The notes beneath the pieces were generated by a model. That model was not told where the DNA came from, did no database searches, and worked only from the letters and a program-made list of their open reading frames with translations. The translations under genes and the position numbers were made by a program. Below are positions 37,293-51,760 of a stretch of DNA of 64,000 nt, piece by piece (positions within the stretch are counted from its first letter, which is position 1; the number at the start of each line of letters is the position of its first letter). The stretch covers positions 2,728,001 to 2,792,000 of the forward strand of contig NC_043007.1 in the NCBI RefSeq assembly GCF_006345805.1, read 5' to 3'. The stretch is from Octopus sinensis (taxonomy: Eukaryota).

Positions 37293-39710
37293 AATAAGTA
37301 TTAATTTATATGATTTTTGTTTTTCTGCATTTACGGGGCGCAGCTTCGGTCAGTCTTCATTAGTATTCAGACCTCATAAATGAAGTATAACGTTCATCGT
37401 ATTTGCCAAAAATTATAAAATAATGCATTTACTGATCAAATTACTTAGACAATATGTAATTAACAGTTGTTACGTTATTGAAAATATCTATGCTATGTCG
37501 GGTCAATGTATCTAATGATTGCATAATTATTTCTTATTAGCATTTTACTCTGTCCTGCAATAAATATGCTTACGCCAACTAAGCAACTGCTTTTCATGCG
37601 ATAGGTGACTCTGAGTCTTTCACAATGAAATGCGTAGCTCGTTATTTAGAACACCACAGTCATAATCATGTAAGCGCCATTGTTGAGAGTTCACAAATCA
37701 AAATAGACGATTACAGGTGAAAATTTGTGTAAGTATAGGTTCTCATATTTCTGGTAAACTGGCATTACATACATGTGAGGTTCGGATGTATGTATACACA
37801 CACACACACACAAATACACACGCACACACCTGGTAATAAGTTGGCAGTGGGTGAGGTGAATTTTGGATATGGTCGCTGTGACATTAATTGCTTGCCATGC
37901 AGGCATTATTGATTTTCATTGTTGATTGGGTATTTTGTATTCGAGGCCACGGACGGTTTGATGAGCCCCTTCACACTCAGCCAAAAGTTGTAATGGAATT
38001 GTTGCTCGATTGGGCCCGTAATTAAGTAAATAGTCCAAATTTCATTCGAGTTTTCAAATACAAATTAATTTTTCACGAATTTGTTTTTTACCTATAAATG
38101 TAAGTGATGTGTAAATGAACAGCAAATATTTGCTCGTTTGTTTTTCTTTTTTGTTTTTGCTAGGAAAATATATTTATCTATATAAATTGTTGATTATAAG
38201 TTTGAAAAGGAAAATTACATTTTCTCAGACTAGCATAATCATTCTTCTAAGATCCTACGTCTGAAAATCTACTTTAGTAAACGTGCACAGGACAATTGCC
38301 ATTCATAAAATCAATTCCAATCAAATTTTATGGATTATATTTCAAATACACTAAAAATAGAATGCAAAAGTATTCAACAGAAAATTACGCTTATTTGTAT
38401 GCTTTTCTAATCGCCGTGTGCACTTTTTGCCAGTAATTAAAATGTTATAGTAACTATAATGAAGAAATTGATTTTATCGGAAATCTAATGCGTGCCATTT
38501 GTGATATCACTTCTGAATAGTACAAAATCGATTGTTTATAATAACAAATTATTTATCTGAGTTGATCTAAGTCTTCAAGTACTTTCGGTTTTAATGGTAA
38601 TTCGAATGAAGAGAATAATTGTCATTTATTGAGTGGCTGGAACACAGGGTAAAAACGTAATCACAAGAAAACTCTTATTTGCTACCAACTCAAGATAAAT
38701 TGTTTGGAAGGACACACATCTTTATCAACGAAGCATGGAAACCTAATTAGTCTTCTGTTACTATGGTGATGAGTTGCAAACTGCAGAATTGCGAGATCGT
38801 AATCTCTTCTTGTCTCTAAATATAGGATTTAAAATACTATAAAGGAATCAACGGGATCAATACCGAGAGATTTTAAATTGGTTATAAAAATCAATGTCTT
38901 CTAAATTGGGAAATAGTCTAATTACCTGGCTCATCTTTGTGCAGCTTACATAAATATCGATGTTTACCAAACATTTGTATCTCTGTCTTTGTTATTTTGG
39001 TCTTTTAGTCAAGAGGAGAAGATGCTGCCCGCGAACCTTTACAAAGTTTCCAACGCTATAAGGACGGTATTTTCAAAGTAGATACCTATACCGAATGCTT
39101 ACAACAGTTGAAACTACATGGACGCTTTCAATGTGTCAAGAGCTGCTGTTAAAATGATTGATAAATTTAATCTACTAACTAAACAAGCTATTATAGTATA
39201 TCAGCTTAAAGTACAAACACACAGAACAAATATTGTAAGGTATGCAGTCCAACACGTGCCCCAAGTCCATCAATCTACCGTTCTAGATTAGCAATTTTTA
39301 TTGTTCCTGAAAGAATGGAACGTAAATTGATCCCCAGAATGATTTGAACTCAGAGTGCATAGATTTGGAACAGTGTGCTACTTCATATGCGTTAATCTGT
39401 TGGCTCTAATCACGATGATTACACTGTAGCTGACCGCACGTAAATATAAAATTCGAATTATTTTTTTTCTGAAAGAACAGGCGAGTAATCATATTTTACA
39501 AGATATATTATTAATTTATCGTAGCTTTCAGTTCATTTCTTTCATTCTGTGAGCTTACGCATTTGTGTTCTTTACAGACGATTAATCAAGACATTTACCT
39601 TTAATAGTGATGCGTCCATCAAAAGGTGAAATGTTTTATACACAAACTGTTGGGTCCTCCATTTCTTTCTTCCATAACAATTTGTGAGTCAGAATATTTC
39701 ATGTAAGATA

Positions 39711-39918
39711 TTACTCTTTTACTCGTTTACTTGTTTCAGTCATTTGACTGCGGCCATGCTGGAGCACCACCTTTAGTCAAGCAAATCGACCCCGGGACTT
39801 ATTCTTTGTAAACCCAGTACTTACTCTATCGGTCTCTTTTGCCGAAACGCTAAGTTACGGGGACGTAAACACACCAGCATCGGTTGTCAAGCAATGCTAG
39901 GGCGACAAACACAGACAA

Positions 39919-39950
<32 letters not shown>

Positions 39951-40137
39951 GTTTGTATATATAGATATATACGACAGGCTTCTTTCAGTTTCCGTCTACC
40001 AAATCCACTCAGAAGGCATTGGTCGGCCCGGGGCTATAGCAGAAGACACTTGCCCAAGATGCCACGCAGTGGGACTGAACCCGGAACCATGTGGTTGGTT
40101 AGCAAGCTACTAAACACACAGCCACTCCTGCACCTAT
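39711..40137 (-). mobile_element. Full-length SINE S1
   Basis: As for the other S1 copies. Confidence 0.93.
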
Positions 40138-41391
40138 ATATGGACCTATTACCACACAGGTAATGCAAATTAAACTATAAAATGGTACAATGAAAATTAA
40201 GGAAAGATACTTTTTAAAATGTTAAAATTAAAAGTAATTAAAGTTATAAGATTTTATGGTATAATTAAAATGAAAGAAAATTACATGCCGAAATGAAAAC
40301 GTTAAAATTTTTTAAAATTTACTTATTAAAGTTTTTACGACCCAATTAATAACATTTTACATCTAAAATGATAAAATAAAATCAATGAATGTCACAGTTT
40401 TGAAGTGGTCAGATTATATGTCCAAATGATCCAATTCAAATCATCTCAAATCAATGACTAAAATAGTAAAGATAAAGTTAATAGAAGTTACAAATTTAAA
40501 TTAATGAAAAATACAGGTCATAATTTTGTAATTAAAAGTAAAAGTTGCATGTTAAAATGAAAAATAAATTAAATTACTGAATGAAAAATAAATTAAATTA
40601 CTAAATAAATTAACTTAAATTTCTTGGTTCCAACGCAACCAAGAGAAATATTCTTCTACACCTTGTAAAGTAATCTATACCCATGTGTCTTGGACTTGTA
40701 ATTAAATGAATAAAAGTGCTCTTGCAATAGGTCGGTTATCCTTCAAAGTAATGCAATCAAGATGCACGAGCAAGCAACGTTCTGACAATAGATGGATGTG
40801 ATTACATTGGGTTTACTTTTTCTCATTGTCGAATCATTGTATTTCATCGAGAGAAAATATAATTCTTTTGAGGATACGATCTCTAACCTGCAATTACTGA
40901 GCTGTTATATACACCTTATTGTAACCCATCTTATTGTAAAGCTCTACAAGAACAAATAAATTCTAACCAATGACACAACTCCAAATTGAATCAATAAAAT
41001 CTCTCCACTTCATCAAAACACGACATACAAACTAATTACCATTCAGTGAAGCTTAGCTTGGCCTAAAAAAGTTGAAGATTCGGTCATCGATCTGTGGAAC
41101 AGGAAGTTCATCTCGGTTTGATAAAGTCTCTCTTAAGTTCAAAGTCACTACCAATAATATTCTTGTGAAACAATTACATATATACATATACATACAAACA
41201 TTATATATATATATATATATTGCTGTCTCAAATTCAATATTCAATTAAATTGCATTAATGCGAATCGAAGCAACATAGCGAAACACGTGTAGGTAACACG
41301 ATTTTACTATTATAATAAGTATATTGATTATTCTCTGAAAGTATTTTCCATTATCTTTGTGTATGAATACACACACGTGTGTGTGCATATA

Positions 41392-41568
41392 TAGGGTGAT
41401 TCAAAGGTCGCCATACATAGGAACAATTTATAAGAACAGTTTTTATTTAACGTGCTCTATATGATTACCATTGTTTTGAATACACATTGCAATACGTTTA
41501 CTCAACTCATTGTGAACATCTATTGATACCTGTTGTTGTTTATACGTGGAGAGTTTTGAATCACCCTG
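41392..41568 (-). mobile_element. Tc1/mariner-derived MITE
   Basis: TIR (C/T)AGGGTGATTCAAA with TA duplication; minus strand retains DVHNELSKRIAMCIQNNGNHIEHVK*, a transposase C-terminus. Confidence 0.88.
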
Positions 41569-41599
41569 TATATAAAATATATAATAAATACACGAACAA

Positions 41600-42400
41600 A
41601 CGGAAAACATGCACAGTAGTCACCACATCGTTATAGTTATCGGTCAGTAGGTCAAACACTATTTCGTGCCTTCAGCGATAATTTTGTTCCTCTTCCGCTG
41701 GCACCGCCGACACCAGACATGGCAGGATGTGAATAAAAAAAGGAAATTGAACATACAAATTTGAAATAAATGTGATTCAAGGTGAGAACAGTAGTGGACG
41801 TATGCGGGACAAAGATGAACACAAACAAGAGGACGTGTGGGCATAGGAACGCACGGAAATAAAGAAACAGGATAAGGTCTTAGGGCCAGGAAAACAAAAT
41901 ATGGTTAACGCTAGCATGAAGCAAGACAAGAAAGAGAGACATCGAAACGTGTTGAAAGTGGGAGACGAGAGAAAACACGAACAGTCGCTTCCACGGTCGG
42001 CGTGTAAAGAAAGGAGAATAAAAAATGACAACGACCACGGGTCACGTGTCAAAAGTAGGAGGGAGAAAAGTAAAGTGGTAGGAGGCAGAGAGATAGACAC
42101 AGAGAGCAGAAGGGGAATGCAAAATACAGGAATAGGCTGCAGCACAGAAGAAATGTAGAGGGGGAAGCTTAGGGGGAGAGGGGGAAGAGGGGGAGAGGAA
42201 GCGAATGAGAGAGAGGGTGAAAGGGCGAGAATGAAAGAGAATGGAATAGACGTCGCACGAAAATATAAAATCACTGTAAACAAAATAAGGCGTTCCATTA
42301 AATAATAAGTTAAAAACAACAAATACACCAACAACGAGAAAACAGACACGCGGATATGGTGACCTTCTGTGTCTGTTTTCGGTTTGTTTGTGCGTTTTTT
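41600..42400. promoter_or_regulatory. CpG-retaining unique island; possible promoter or 5' exon
   Basis: Many CpGs, CACGTG box, strong purine skew, ATG GCA GGA T|GTGAAT at 41719-41734. Confidence 0.3.
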
Positions 42401-42875
42401 TAAAACTTATTATTTAATGGAATTCCACGGACACTTATTTTATTTACAAAATAGTTACTCATTCGAACATCACTCATTGTTTTCATTGATCCGGAGCTAC
42501 AATAGAAGACCTATACTCGTTTGTCACGGAGTAAAATCGAAATCGTAGCCACTCACACGCTAGGCAAACATTTCGTCTACCCAACCATGCTTGTACTACT
42601 TTTCTCCTTGAGTGGTGGTAGCTAGACTAAATGCCTTTAAACCATTTTCTAATAGACATTTGTGATGAAGAAATCTGACCTTAAGCTTTTAAAATGATGC
42701 CCCATTATAATAATTCAATGCTTAAGCAACGATACGCCTCCAAATGAAATTCACAAGACATTTAAAATTCCAATAGTCAGAAGAGCGTGGTTAGTAAAAA
42801 ATTCTATCTAAACTATATCATTACAGGAATGATGTTCTGTATTTTCTTTCCGATTCTAGTGATGACAATTTGCGA

Positions 42876-42916
<41 letters not shown>

Positions 42917-43028
42917 CACGCACACACACATATGTATGTATGTATGTTTATATATATATATATACATATATATTTATGTATAGCTGTTATATATATATAC
43001 ATGCATTCATGTGTATATATATATATAG

Positions 43029-43067
<39 letters not shown>

Positions 43068-43593
43068 TATACATAAATGCATGTATATATATATATAAAC
43101 ATATATACATAAATATATATATACATATATATTCACATACGTATTCACATGCTGTGTGTATTCACATGCTGTGTGTATGTGTGTGCGTGTGGGGTGCGGT
43201 TGTTGAACATGTATCTCTACAGTTTAATCAACGTTCCACGTCGATGTTTCCCTATTATACATAAGACCTTTAATTATACATAAAATTTTCTCAGATTTCA
43301 GACAAGCAGATGTCTGAACGAGAAGAAATTTACGTAATTATTATTCTTATATTTTTAAAATTCATGACACGGAATCGTTAGGAGGGATAGTGACTGAGAA
43401 CACCATAATTAATGGAATTTTTCTGTTTTCTTCTCCAGTCTCAAAGGGAAAAATTATCGATTTCACTAGAAGAAGTGTCACTGATAATAATCGGAGAGAA
43501 AAAAATATGGTCCAGTGTTTCAATATTTCAAGATTTCAAACAGATGAAAATCTTACATCGACATTTCGTATTCATGGATGTAGATGAACGTGC

Positions 43594-43596
<3 letters not shown>

Positions 43597-43664
<68 letters not shown>

Positions 43665-43794
43665 ATATATAATATTATATAATATATATATATATATGTA
43701 TATATATATGTATGTTTATATATATATATATGTATGCATATATATATATGTATGTTTATATACATATATATATATATATACATATACATATACT

Positions 43795-43832
<38 letters not shown>

Positions 43833-43967
43833 CATACACACACACACATATATATATATATGTGCACATATATGCATGTATACATAATTACATACATATA
43901 TGTGTATATACACACATGTACCAAAGGTACGTGGCTTAGTGACAGAAAGAAAGAGATATGTAGATCC

Positions 43968-44009
<42 letters not shown>

Positions 44010-44040
44010 CTGTCTGTGTGTGTGTGCGTGTGTGTGAACG
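43597..44040. repeat. Compound TA/CA/TG microsatellite
   Basis: Seen directly. Confidence 0.95.
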
Positions 44041-44180
44041 CGATTGTGTATGCACGTGTGTTAGGGTGTGTGTGTGTTTGTGTCTGTTTAGTAATTGGCT
44101 TTGTAGAATTACTATGTCTTCTTTATAATGCCACCAAAAATATAGATCTATTGTTTGTTTTCATTTTAAGTGTATAAATT

Positions 44181-44498
44181 AGGCGGCGGGCTGGCAGAAT
44201 TCTTCGCGCGCCGGGTGAAATGCCTAGCGGTATTTCGTTCTGAGTTCAAATTCTGCCGAAGTCGACTTTGCTTTTCATCCTTTCGGGGTCGATTAAATAA
44301 GTACCAGTCACGCACTGGGGTCGATATAATCGGCTTAATCCGTTTGTCTGTCTTTGTTTGTCCTCTCCGTGTTTAGCCCCTTGTGGGTAGTAAGAAATAG
44401 GTATTTTGTCTGTCTTTATGTTCTGAGTTCAAATTCCGCCGAGGTCGACTTTGCCTTTCATCGTTTCGGGGTCGATAAATTAAGTACCAGTTACGCAC
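44181..44498 (+). mobile_element. Two tandem SINE S2 copies
   Basis: Body gagttcaaattc.gccga.gtcgactttgc occurs twice. Confidence 0.9.
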
Positions 44499-44589
44499 TG
44501 GGGTCGATGTAATCGACTTAATCTGTTTGTCTGTCCTTTCACAACTTGCAAAGTAAACAGCCGAGTCATTCGGCATACTGCATCAGGAA

Positions 44590-44686
44590 GGTCACGACTG
44601 GCTTTCATGGGGCGACGCTATCTGTTAGAGCGCTCCAGAACTAATCCGGGAACCTTTACATACCAACTCGGTTTATATATTTATAT

Positions 44687-44754
<68 letters not shown>

Positions 44755-44768
44755 ACACACACACACAT

Positions 44769-44800
<32 letters not shown>

Positions 44801-44972
44801 TCACACATATATACACACAAACAGACACACACACCTGCACTCCCCCTCTCTCTCTCACACACACATACATATGGTACTCTGCCTCATTTAGATCACTGCT
44901 ACATTCCACAGTGTGCTGCCATATGTTGGCGCGCTGCAAAGCTAATCCGAGAACTTTTTGACACCACATAGT

Positions 44973-44975
<3 letters not shown>
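44590..44975 (-). mobile_element. Two mariner left-end fragments (44590-44670 and 44890-44975)
   Basis: Reverse complement aagttc.cggattag..aaca.atggcagc matches the left end of the 46127 element. Confidence 0.55.
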
Positions 44976-45017
<42 letters not shown>

Positions 45018-45051
45018 ATATATATATGCATATATACGCACACACTCTCTG

Positions 45052-45118
<67 letters not shown>

Positions 45119-46126
45119 ACGTATATATAAGATCACAATATACGCATAAATACGCCCATATAATACTCATCTGTGCGTATGGTGGTGGAACAGGCATGTA
45201 TTTCGTGTGCACAAGTGTATCCACAGCTTTGTTTCTACTTTGTGTACAGTCCCAAATCGAGCTGCATATTAATATATTGATTTCATGATGAGTGAGGAAT
45301 ACAAAAATCCATTATATTATTGAAATTATTGCATGGTTTTACTAATGGAGCCATGTTTGCCACCACAAAACAGCAATAGAATAAATACATTTTCTGAAGA
45401 ACATTACAGACATACATAACATTATATGCAAACAGAGAGAAGACACCATTATTGTGGCAGGTCGGCGAAGATATCTTTATAGTGTCTACCTATATAACTT
45501 TATTGCATGTTCTGTGCTGGTCTCAGCGACAAAGCTAAAGGCTCATGTAAAACGCGAAAAACAACTTTTAGATCAATAAGCGTATTCATAGGAATACACT
45601 AAAATAAATATTTTTTTGCACAAATATTGATTTTGTATATATAAATGTTGGCGCATAGAAGGATACTTAAATAAACAAAAGGAAGAGATTGATAGGTAGG
45701 TATATTTAAACATTAACATTCCAAATTCATTTCGTACACCATGAGAAAAAGAAATTATATATTAATACATACCTATCTATACATACATACATATACATAG
45801 ATGCATACATGCATACATACCGAATTACAAATTTACATTTCATACAAATAATAATTGGAGCGTTTGATTTTGTAAGTAAATGCCTGACTGTCAGTCTGGA
45901 TAAGCTTGGATTTTCAGAAAAAGGGAATGAACCAACTGATTCGCACTTGAAACAAATAAAGTCTGTAAGCGGAACAATAAAATTATGCAACACTTTTCTC
46001 AGGTTTAGAATGTGATATTGTTTTCGTTATCTACGTTCCGAAGATGGGGCTTTGTATCTTTGGTAAAGACCAGCTCCTTCTTCAGAAGAAGAACTTAGAT
46101 GATTAAATACAGAAGAAAAATACATA

Positions 46127-46987
46127 CAAAAAGGAATCAAATAAGTTCCGTATTAGTTCTGTAGTGCACCAACAGATGGCAGTACATGGTCGCGTGCGCA
46201 GTGAGAGCTAGGAGTGACCTTCATGAGACAGTGTGCCGAGTGATATCCCTGTGTTTACTTTGGAAGTTGTCAAATTTGCGTGTTTGTGATTATGTGTGTG
46301 CTGTAGTTTGCGATTATGTCATGGACAGGATCAAAGAACCAACGTCAAAATTTGCGTTAAATTTGCATTAAACTACTGAGACTTTGAGCGTCGACAAGCT
46401 TACGGCGGCGCGGCAGTGGGTCGGACACAATGTTTCGAGTGACACACCTGTTTCAAAAGCGGGAAAACGTTCCTGGGAGACGATGAACGACTTGAAATAA
46501 CATCTACGAGTAAACTCCGGAAATGTGGAATGGCGTATCGAGAATTCTTCCCCGCTCCACGATAGACCGTCACTCGAGAGTTCAATTGCAACGTTTTGAA
46601 TCGTCTGGGGAGGACATTCGGCGAAAGCGACTGGATCTGTGGAGCGTGAAGAATTGGATTCTTCACGTCGACAATGCAGCCTGTCCCTGAGTTCTTCTCA
46701 TTCGTGAGTTTCTCACCAAAAACATATCGCTTCTGCACCTGAGGACATCCATTTCTTCCCCAAGGCTAAAATGCAGCTCAAAGGTCAACGTTTTAACACC
46801 GTTGTCGATATCAACAGTAAATCGCAAAACGTCTTCCAGGCCGGATTCGAAAACTGACTGGGACTGGTGTATGGCTGCGCAATGTGACTCTTTCAAAAGA
46901 GATGATTTTAAAACTTAAGTAGACATGTTAAATAAGTCATTTCTAATTAACACATAACTAGTCCTGGAACTTCTTGAAACCACCTCG
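46127..46987 (+). mobile_element. Internally deleted, decayed mariner
   Basis: Degenerate TIRs bounded by TA; remnants of the EQR..KFC N-terminus, LHVDNA, FFPKAKMQLKGQRF. Confidence 0.85.
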
Positions 46988-46999
46988 TAGTGGTTGTCT

Positions 47000-47314
47000 A
47001 CTCCTTATGCAGAGCTTGACCACCTCCTCGATCTACATCTTAGAACCATCACGGCATCTGATGTGGCTTTTTAAGCCAAAGAATGTTTTGAAAAGACACG
47101 CACATAGACTGCATATCCGATATGGACCACCACGAGCTGCAGATGAACTCTGATCATTGTGGATCTTAAAATGTCTTTTGAGGCCTCCGTTACAATATAC
47201 CACCGCGTACAAAGTCCATTTTATTACAGCGTGAAACGGTCGATTTACAGCGACTTCCATATAATAGCTGCTTAGCTGAAATTGTAAATATCTGCATTTC
47301 TGATTTGCATGCAA
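47000..47314 (-). mobile_element. RTE-like LINE 3' end
   Basis: GLKRHFKIH..CSLCACLFKTFFGLKSHIR, a C2H2-like ORF2 terminus. Confidence 0.55.
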
Positions 47315-48296
47315 GTCTTCTCTAAGTACCTTCTTAGCTTTTTGTCAACGTGTGTGTATGTTTATGTATATATTATGTGTGTATGCATAAACTTGTGTGA
47401 GTATATGTGTGTAATGTATCTGTTCTTAATTACTGAGCAATTTAATGGATAGGCGAAATAACTTGACAATAGAAACCACCACTCTTGTGCATGCGTCTCT
47501 ATCATAAATGATTTTGATGGATTTTGTATGTCCCAAGTTTAATTCCATATATCAGCTGTTATGAATGTATAGGATATTCATTATCCAGTCAATATAAGGC
47601 CGTTTAAGCCGTCGACAATTTGGTGCCATTTCGTCTGGATTAGATTTACACTGAATGTTGAAACATAGACCAGCCCTTTCAGATTCATTTAGTCTCTTTA
47701 TTTTAAAGTATATTTGATTTGATGATTAAACAGTTTTCAGTTATTATACCAATCGTGTATGTTATCAAACTCCTCAGCGGTTTCCATCTAACCTCGTTAG
47801 TACTCTGACTTTCCCGAATCAAATTTGATATTATCATTCGTTTACTCATCACGGAATACGGAGATGAATTAATGTGAAATTTCCTTCAGTAATTAATTAC
47901 TGGACTACTCTCTCTACCCGGCTGTTTTCAATGTAATATATAAGAAATAAAGCCATTAATTTCATGGCGATACAAACAGGATTTTGAATGAAAGCCAACG
48001 CAAGATATGATCTATTGTACAGAACCTTCAGAAGATCTATGGCATTTTGGACCGATTAATATGAATTGATTTCCTTGACAGGACCGCTGAATAATAACAG
48101 CGCATTCTTAATCAAATTACTACAAGAACAATATTTCATTATCGAAATTTTAAAATATGACAACTAAACACATAGAAGATACAAATATGGCAGACAATAG
48201 ACAGCTGGTTCATTATCAATTGTTATGATGGTCGTTAAATTCAAGGTGTAAATCAGCTAAGCATACATACATACATAAATATAAATATAAATATAA

Positions 48297-48378
<82 letters not shown>

Positions 48379-48379
<1 letters not shown>

Positions 48380-48457
48380 TTTATCTAAAAGCAGCAGAAA
48401 TATAACAAAGGCTGTTACTGAGAGTTTCACGTTCCCGTTCGTCGGACTGTTTTTAAA
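48379..48457 (-). mobile_element. Hammerhead repeat family C, short copy next to (TA)n
   Basis: CCGACGA-ACG(GGAA)CGU-GAAAC-UCUCA-GUA-ACAG. Confidence 0.8.
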
Positions 48458-48869
48458 CTAGTTTTATCTCAATTTTCCGTCATATACGTCCTCTGTATCA
48501 TCGCAAGCAGCACTGCTAAATACCGTGGTCGACTAATCACTCTACTGGACGCTAACTGGATAATGAGAGTCAATATGGAGCTCTGACACATAAAGTAGGA
48601 GGGGTTACACCTAACTCACCACACACGTACTGTGTTTGCGTGTGTGTTTGTGTGTATGTGGGTGTGTGTCTGTGTGCATGTAAGGATTGCTATAAAGTGG
48701 TTATAACAGCTAGAATTGTATATAACCTACGTAACCAGCATCTGATAATAACGAAAAAGTTAAAGCACAAAGCTATTTTCATTCGAGTAAAATCCTATAG
48801 ATCTATAGTTTGTCTCCTCACTAGCATTTTTCAGTTCATATGGAAGTGTAATCGATCGCTCGATTAAGG

Positions 48870-48927
<58 letters not shown>

Positions 48928-49882
48928 GAGAGACAGAGACAGACAGACAGATAGACAGATGGATAGAGGAAAGAAAGAGAGGAGAGGGGGAAAAGAGATC
49001 AGTTCTTTCTATCTCTTTAACCTAAATAACATTTTCATATTTTATAAATTCGTAATTACATAACCAATGGCATTGATTGTGTATTACTTATGAAACAATT
49101 ATGGTACCCCAGTATGGCCGCAGTCTAATGACTGAAACAAGCACACGAATAAACTAATAAATACCTTGTAAATAAAACGATTTTTGTTGCTACATTACCG
49201 AAGTTAAGCGGCGCAAAAATATTTTATTTACTCACTTCCTCTGAGTTGCTTAACGGAATGTAGTGAGGGAGATCTAAAATAAAACTTTAAGGGACTGTTT
49301 TTAATGGTTTCCATTTAACTTTGACGCAAGGAAACAAGATCAACTAAATAATATTTGAGAATAAACCAGACAAAGCGCAACAGTCAAAAGGAGTTAAAAT
49401 ATGGGATTCATTTAAAATGACAGCTAACATGAAATATTTAGGATAAACATAAATTGATATAAACTCTGACATATTTAATATCATCACTTTTGAATTATGG
49501 CGGCTGCTTGAAACTTTTCCTCTTCTTCCTAGACTATGATTACATTAACACTGAAGTTCAGATTTATTTGTTTGGGCATATATCCAATAATTTATGGTAC
49601 AACTTCTGCAGACGCATTTCCTGTAGATACCAAAATCTCTTATTAACTGTAGATGGTTCGTGACAGATGGTTCCTCTGTATGTATGTATGTATGTATGTA
49701 TGTATGTATGTATGTATGTATGTATGAACAACATTTCCTTACGTGACCGGGTAGAAAAATTGTTAGGATATTAAGATAATTTTCTGAACATGAAACCAAT
49801 GGTAGCCTTAATACACTAATAAAGAAATTTCATCCATCAATGCCGTGTTGCTCACTTATTCTAATCGCTCAAAATTTGCGTG

Positions 49883-49916
<34 letters not shown>

Positions 49917-49951
49917 TGTATGTATGTATGTATGTATATGTATGTATGTAT

Positions 49952-49982
<31 letters not shown>

Positions 49983-50271
49983 GTTAGGGCAGCGGACTCG
50001 TGGTCGTACGATCGCGGTTTCGATTCCCAGAACGGGCGTTGTGAGTGTTTATTGAGCGAAAACACCTAAAGCTCCACGAGGCTCAGGCAGTGGGGGGGTG
50101 ATCTCTGCTGTACTCTTTCGCCACAACTTTCTCTCACTCTTTCTTCTGTTGGCCTGCTCGCTTAGCCAGCGGGGTGGCGTCATTTGAAGGCTAAAACAAT
50201 GCGAAACGCATTGTGACCAGGGATGTGTAGCAACATCTGATAGCCTGGTTGGTCACGGTGATCACGGTGAT
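49983..50271 (+). mobile_element. SINE S3 head with an alternative 3' body
   Basis: Head identical to S3; tail ggtcacggtgatcacggtgat. Confidence 0.85.
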
Positions 50272-50999
50272 ATGTATATATATATATATGTGTGTATCCT
50301 TAAATCCTTAAATCTTTAAAAATGTTTCAGCTCGAAGGCCGCGGCCATGCAGGGGCGCCACCGTTGAGTGTGCTATACTAGTATGTGAAAGCACCTCTGA
50401 TAGGTGGCACTTGGTTAATAAGGGAGTTCGACGCCGCTGCCCGCATCTGTGTTTCCTGCCGAGTCAGAGTTTCAAAAGCGATGTATCCAGGGAGCTGCGT
50501 CCATATGGGCGAAGCGGAGCCAAGATTTGAGATAGAAACTAAAACATTTGCAGCACGACGTTTTGTCACTGAAGAGGTGTCGCGCTTTCAAAGTGACCAA
50601 AATATTTTGACACAAATAAAATTTACATGTTGAAGTGAAACTAACGGTTTTTTGTGTTCTTGAATGGCTTCACGACCTTCTATGATTGTTTTCGTTCGGT
50701 TTCCTTGTTTGTTTCCTCTGTTCTGTTTCTGTTCCTAACTTTGACCCTCAATAAATCCCAAATTTCATTTTGGTACTTATGGTAACAACTGTCTTCCAAG
50801 ACTCATATTGTCGTTCAGTGCTCGAAATGAGGAGCAGATAGACTGCAGACAACAGATGAAGGGTCGTTCGTCATGTTACTTGTCCTGTTTTCCATTTGCT
50901 TCTCTCGTTGTTTGTGCATTGAGTTCATTTGCCTTGGCATTTCATGTTGTTTATTGTTTGGTGACGTATTGTACCCATATATGTATGTGTATATGTATA

Positions 51000-51021
51000 T
51001 ACACTTGTTTGACTTGTTTTT

Positions 51022-51080
<59 letters not shown>

Positions 51081-51350
51081 TGGTGGGTGGTGCGTGTGTG
51101 TAAAATATGCATGTATAATATATTATTTATATTATATTATATATATACATATATATATTATATATGTATGATATATGTATATATATATATATATATATAA
51201 TATATATATAATATATATATATAATATATATATATATATATGTACATACACACACACATATATGTGTGTGTGTATACAAAATGCATGTGTATATATATTA
51301 TTTATATTATATTATATATATACATATATATATGTATATATGTATATATA

Positions 51351-51393
<43 letters not shown>

Positions 51394-51545
51394 TATATAT
51401 ATATATATATATATGTACATACACACACACATATATGTGTGTGTGTATACAAATATGCATGTATATATATATTATTTATATTATAATATATATATATATT
51501 CATATATATATATATATATATGTGGTGTGTGTGTGTATGTGTGTG
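51000..51545. repeat. TA microsatellite with ~174-bp higher-order units
   Basis: atgcatgt..atattatttatattat recurs at about 51107, 51281 and 51455. Confidence 0.85.
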
Positions 51546-51549
51546 TGTG

Positions 51550-51760
51550 TTTGTGTGTCTGTGTTTGTCCCCCTAGCATTGCTTGACAACCGATGCTGGT
51601 GTGTTTACGTCCCCGTTACTTAGCGTTTCGGCAAAAGAGACCGAAAGAAGAATAAGTACTGGGCTTACAAAGAATAAGTCCGAGGTCGATTCGCTCGACT
51701 AAAGGCGGTGCTCCAGCATGGCCGCAGTCAACTGACTGAAACAAGTAAAAAAGAAAAAAA
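51550..51760 (+). mobile_element. SINE S1, 3' half
   Basis: ccctagcattgcttgacaaccgatgctggtg..ggccgcagtcaactgactgaaacaag. Confidence 0.9.

Noticed and set aside
38560-39300. Exon-like frames (NCHLLSGW; SRGEDAAREPL..VKSCC) or an old L1/Tx1 relic
   Set aside because: Several frames are equally open with no consistent model
40620-41130. Gypsy RT-like words PVPQIDD and VHLDC
   Set aside because: Wrong spacing and many stops
41777-42349. 190-aa hydrophobic ORF
   Set aside because: Explained by pyrimidine skew on the minus strand
50330-50640. GC-rich stretch with ORFs on both strands
   Set aside because: No recognisable domain or splice sites; left unclassified
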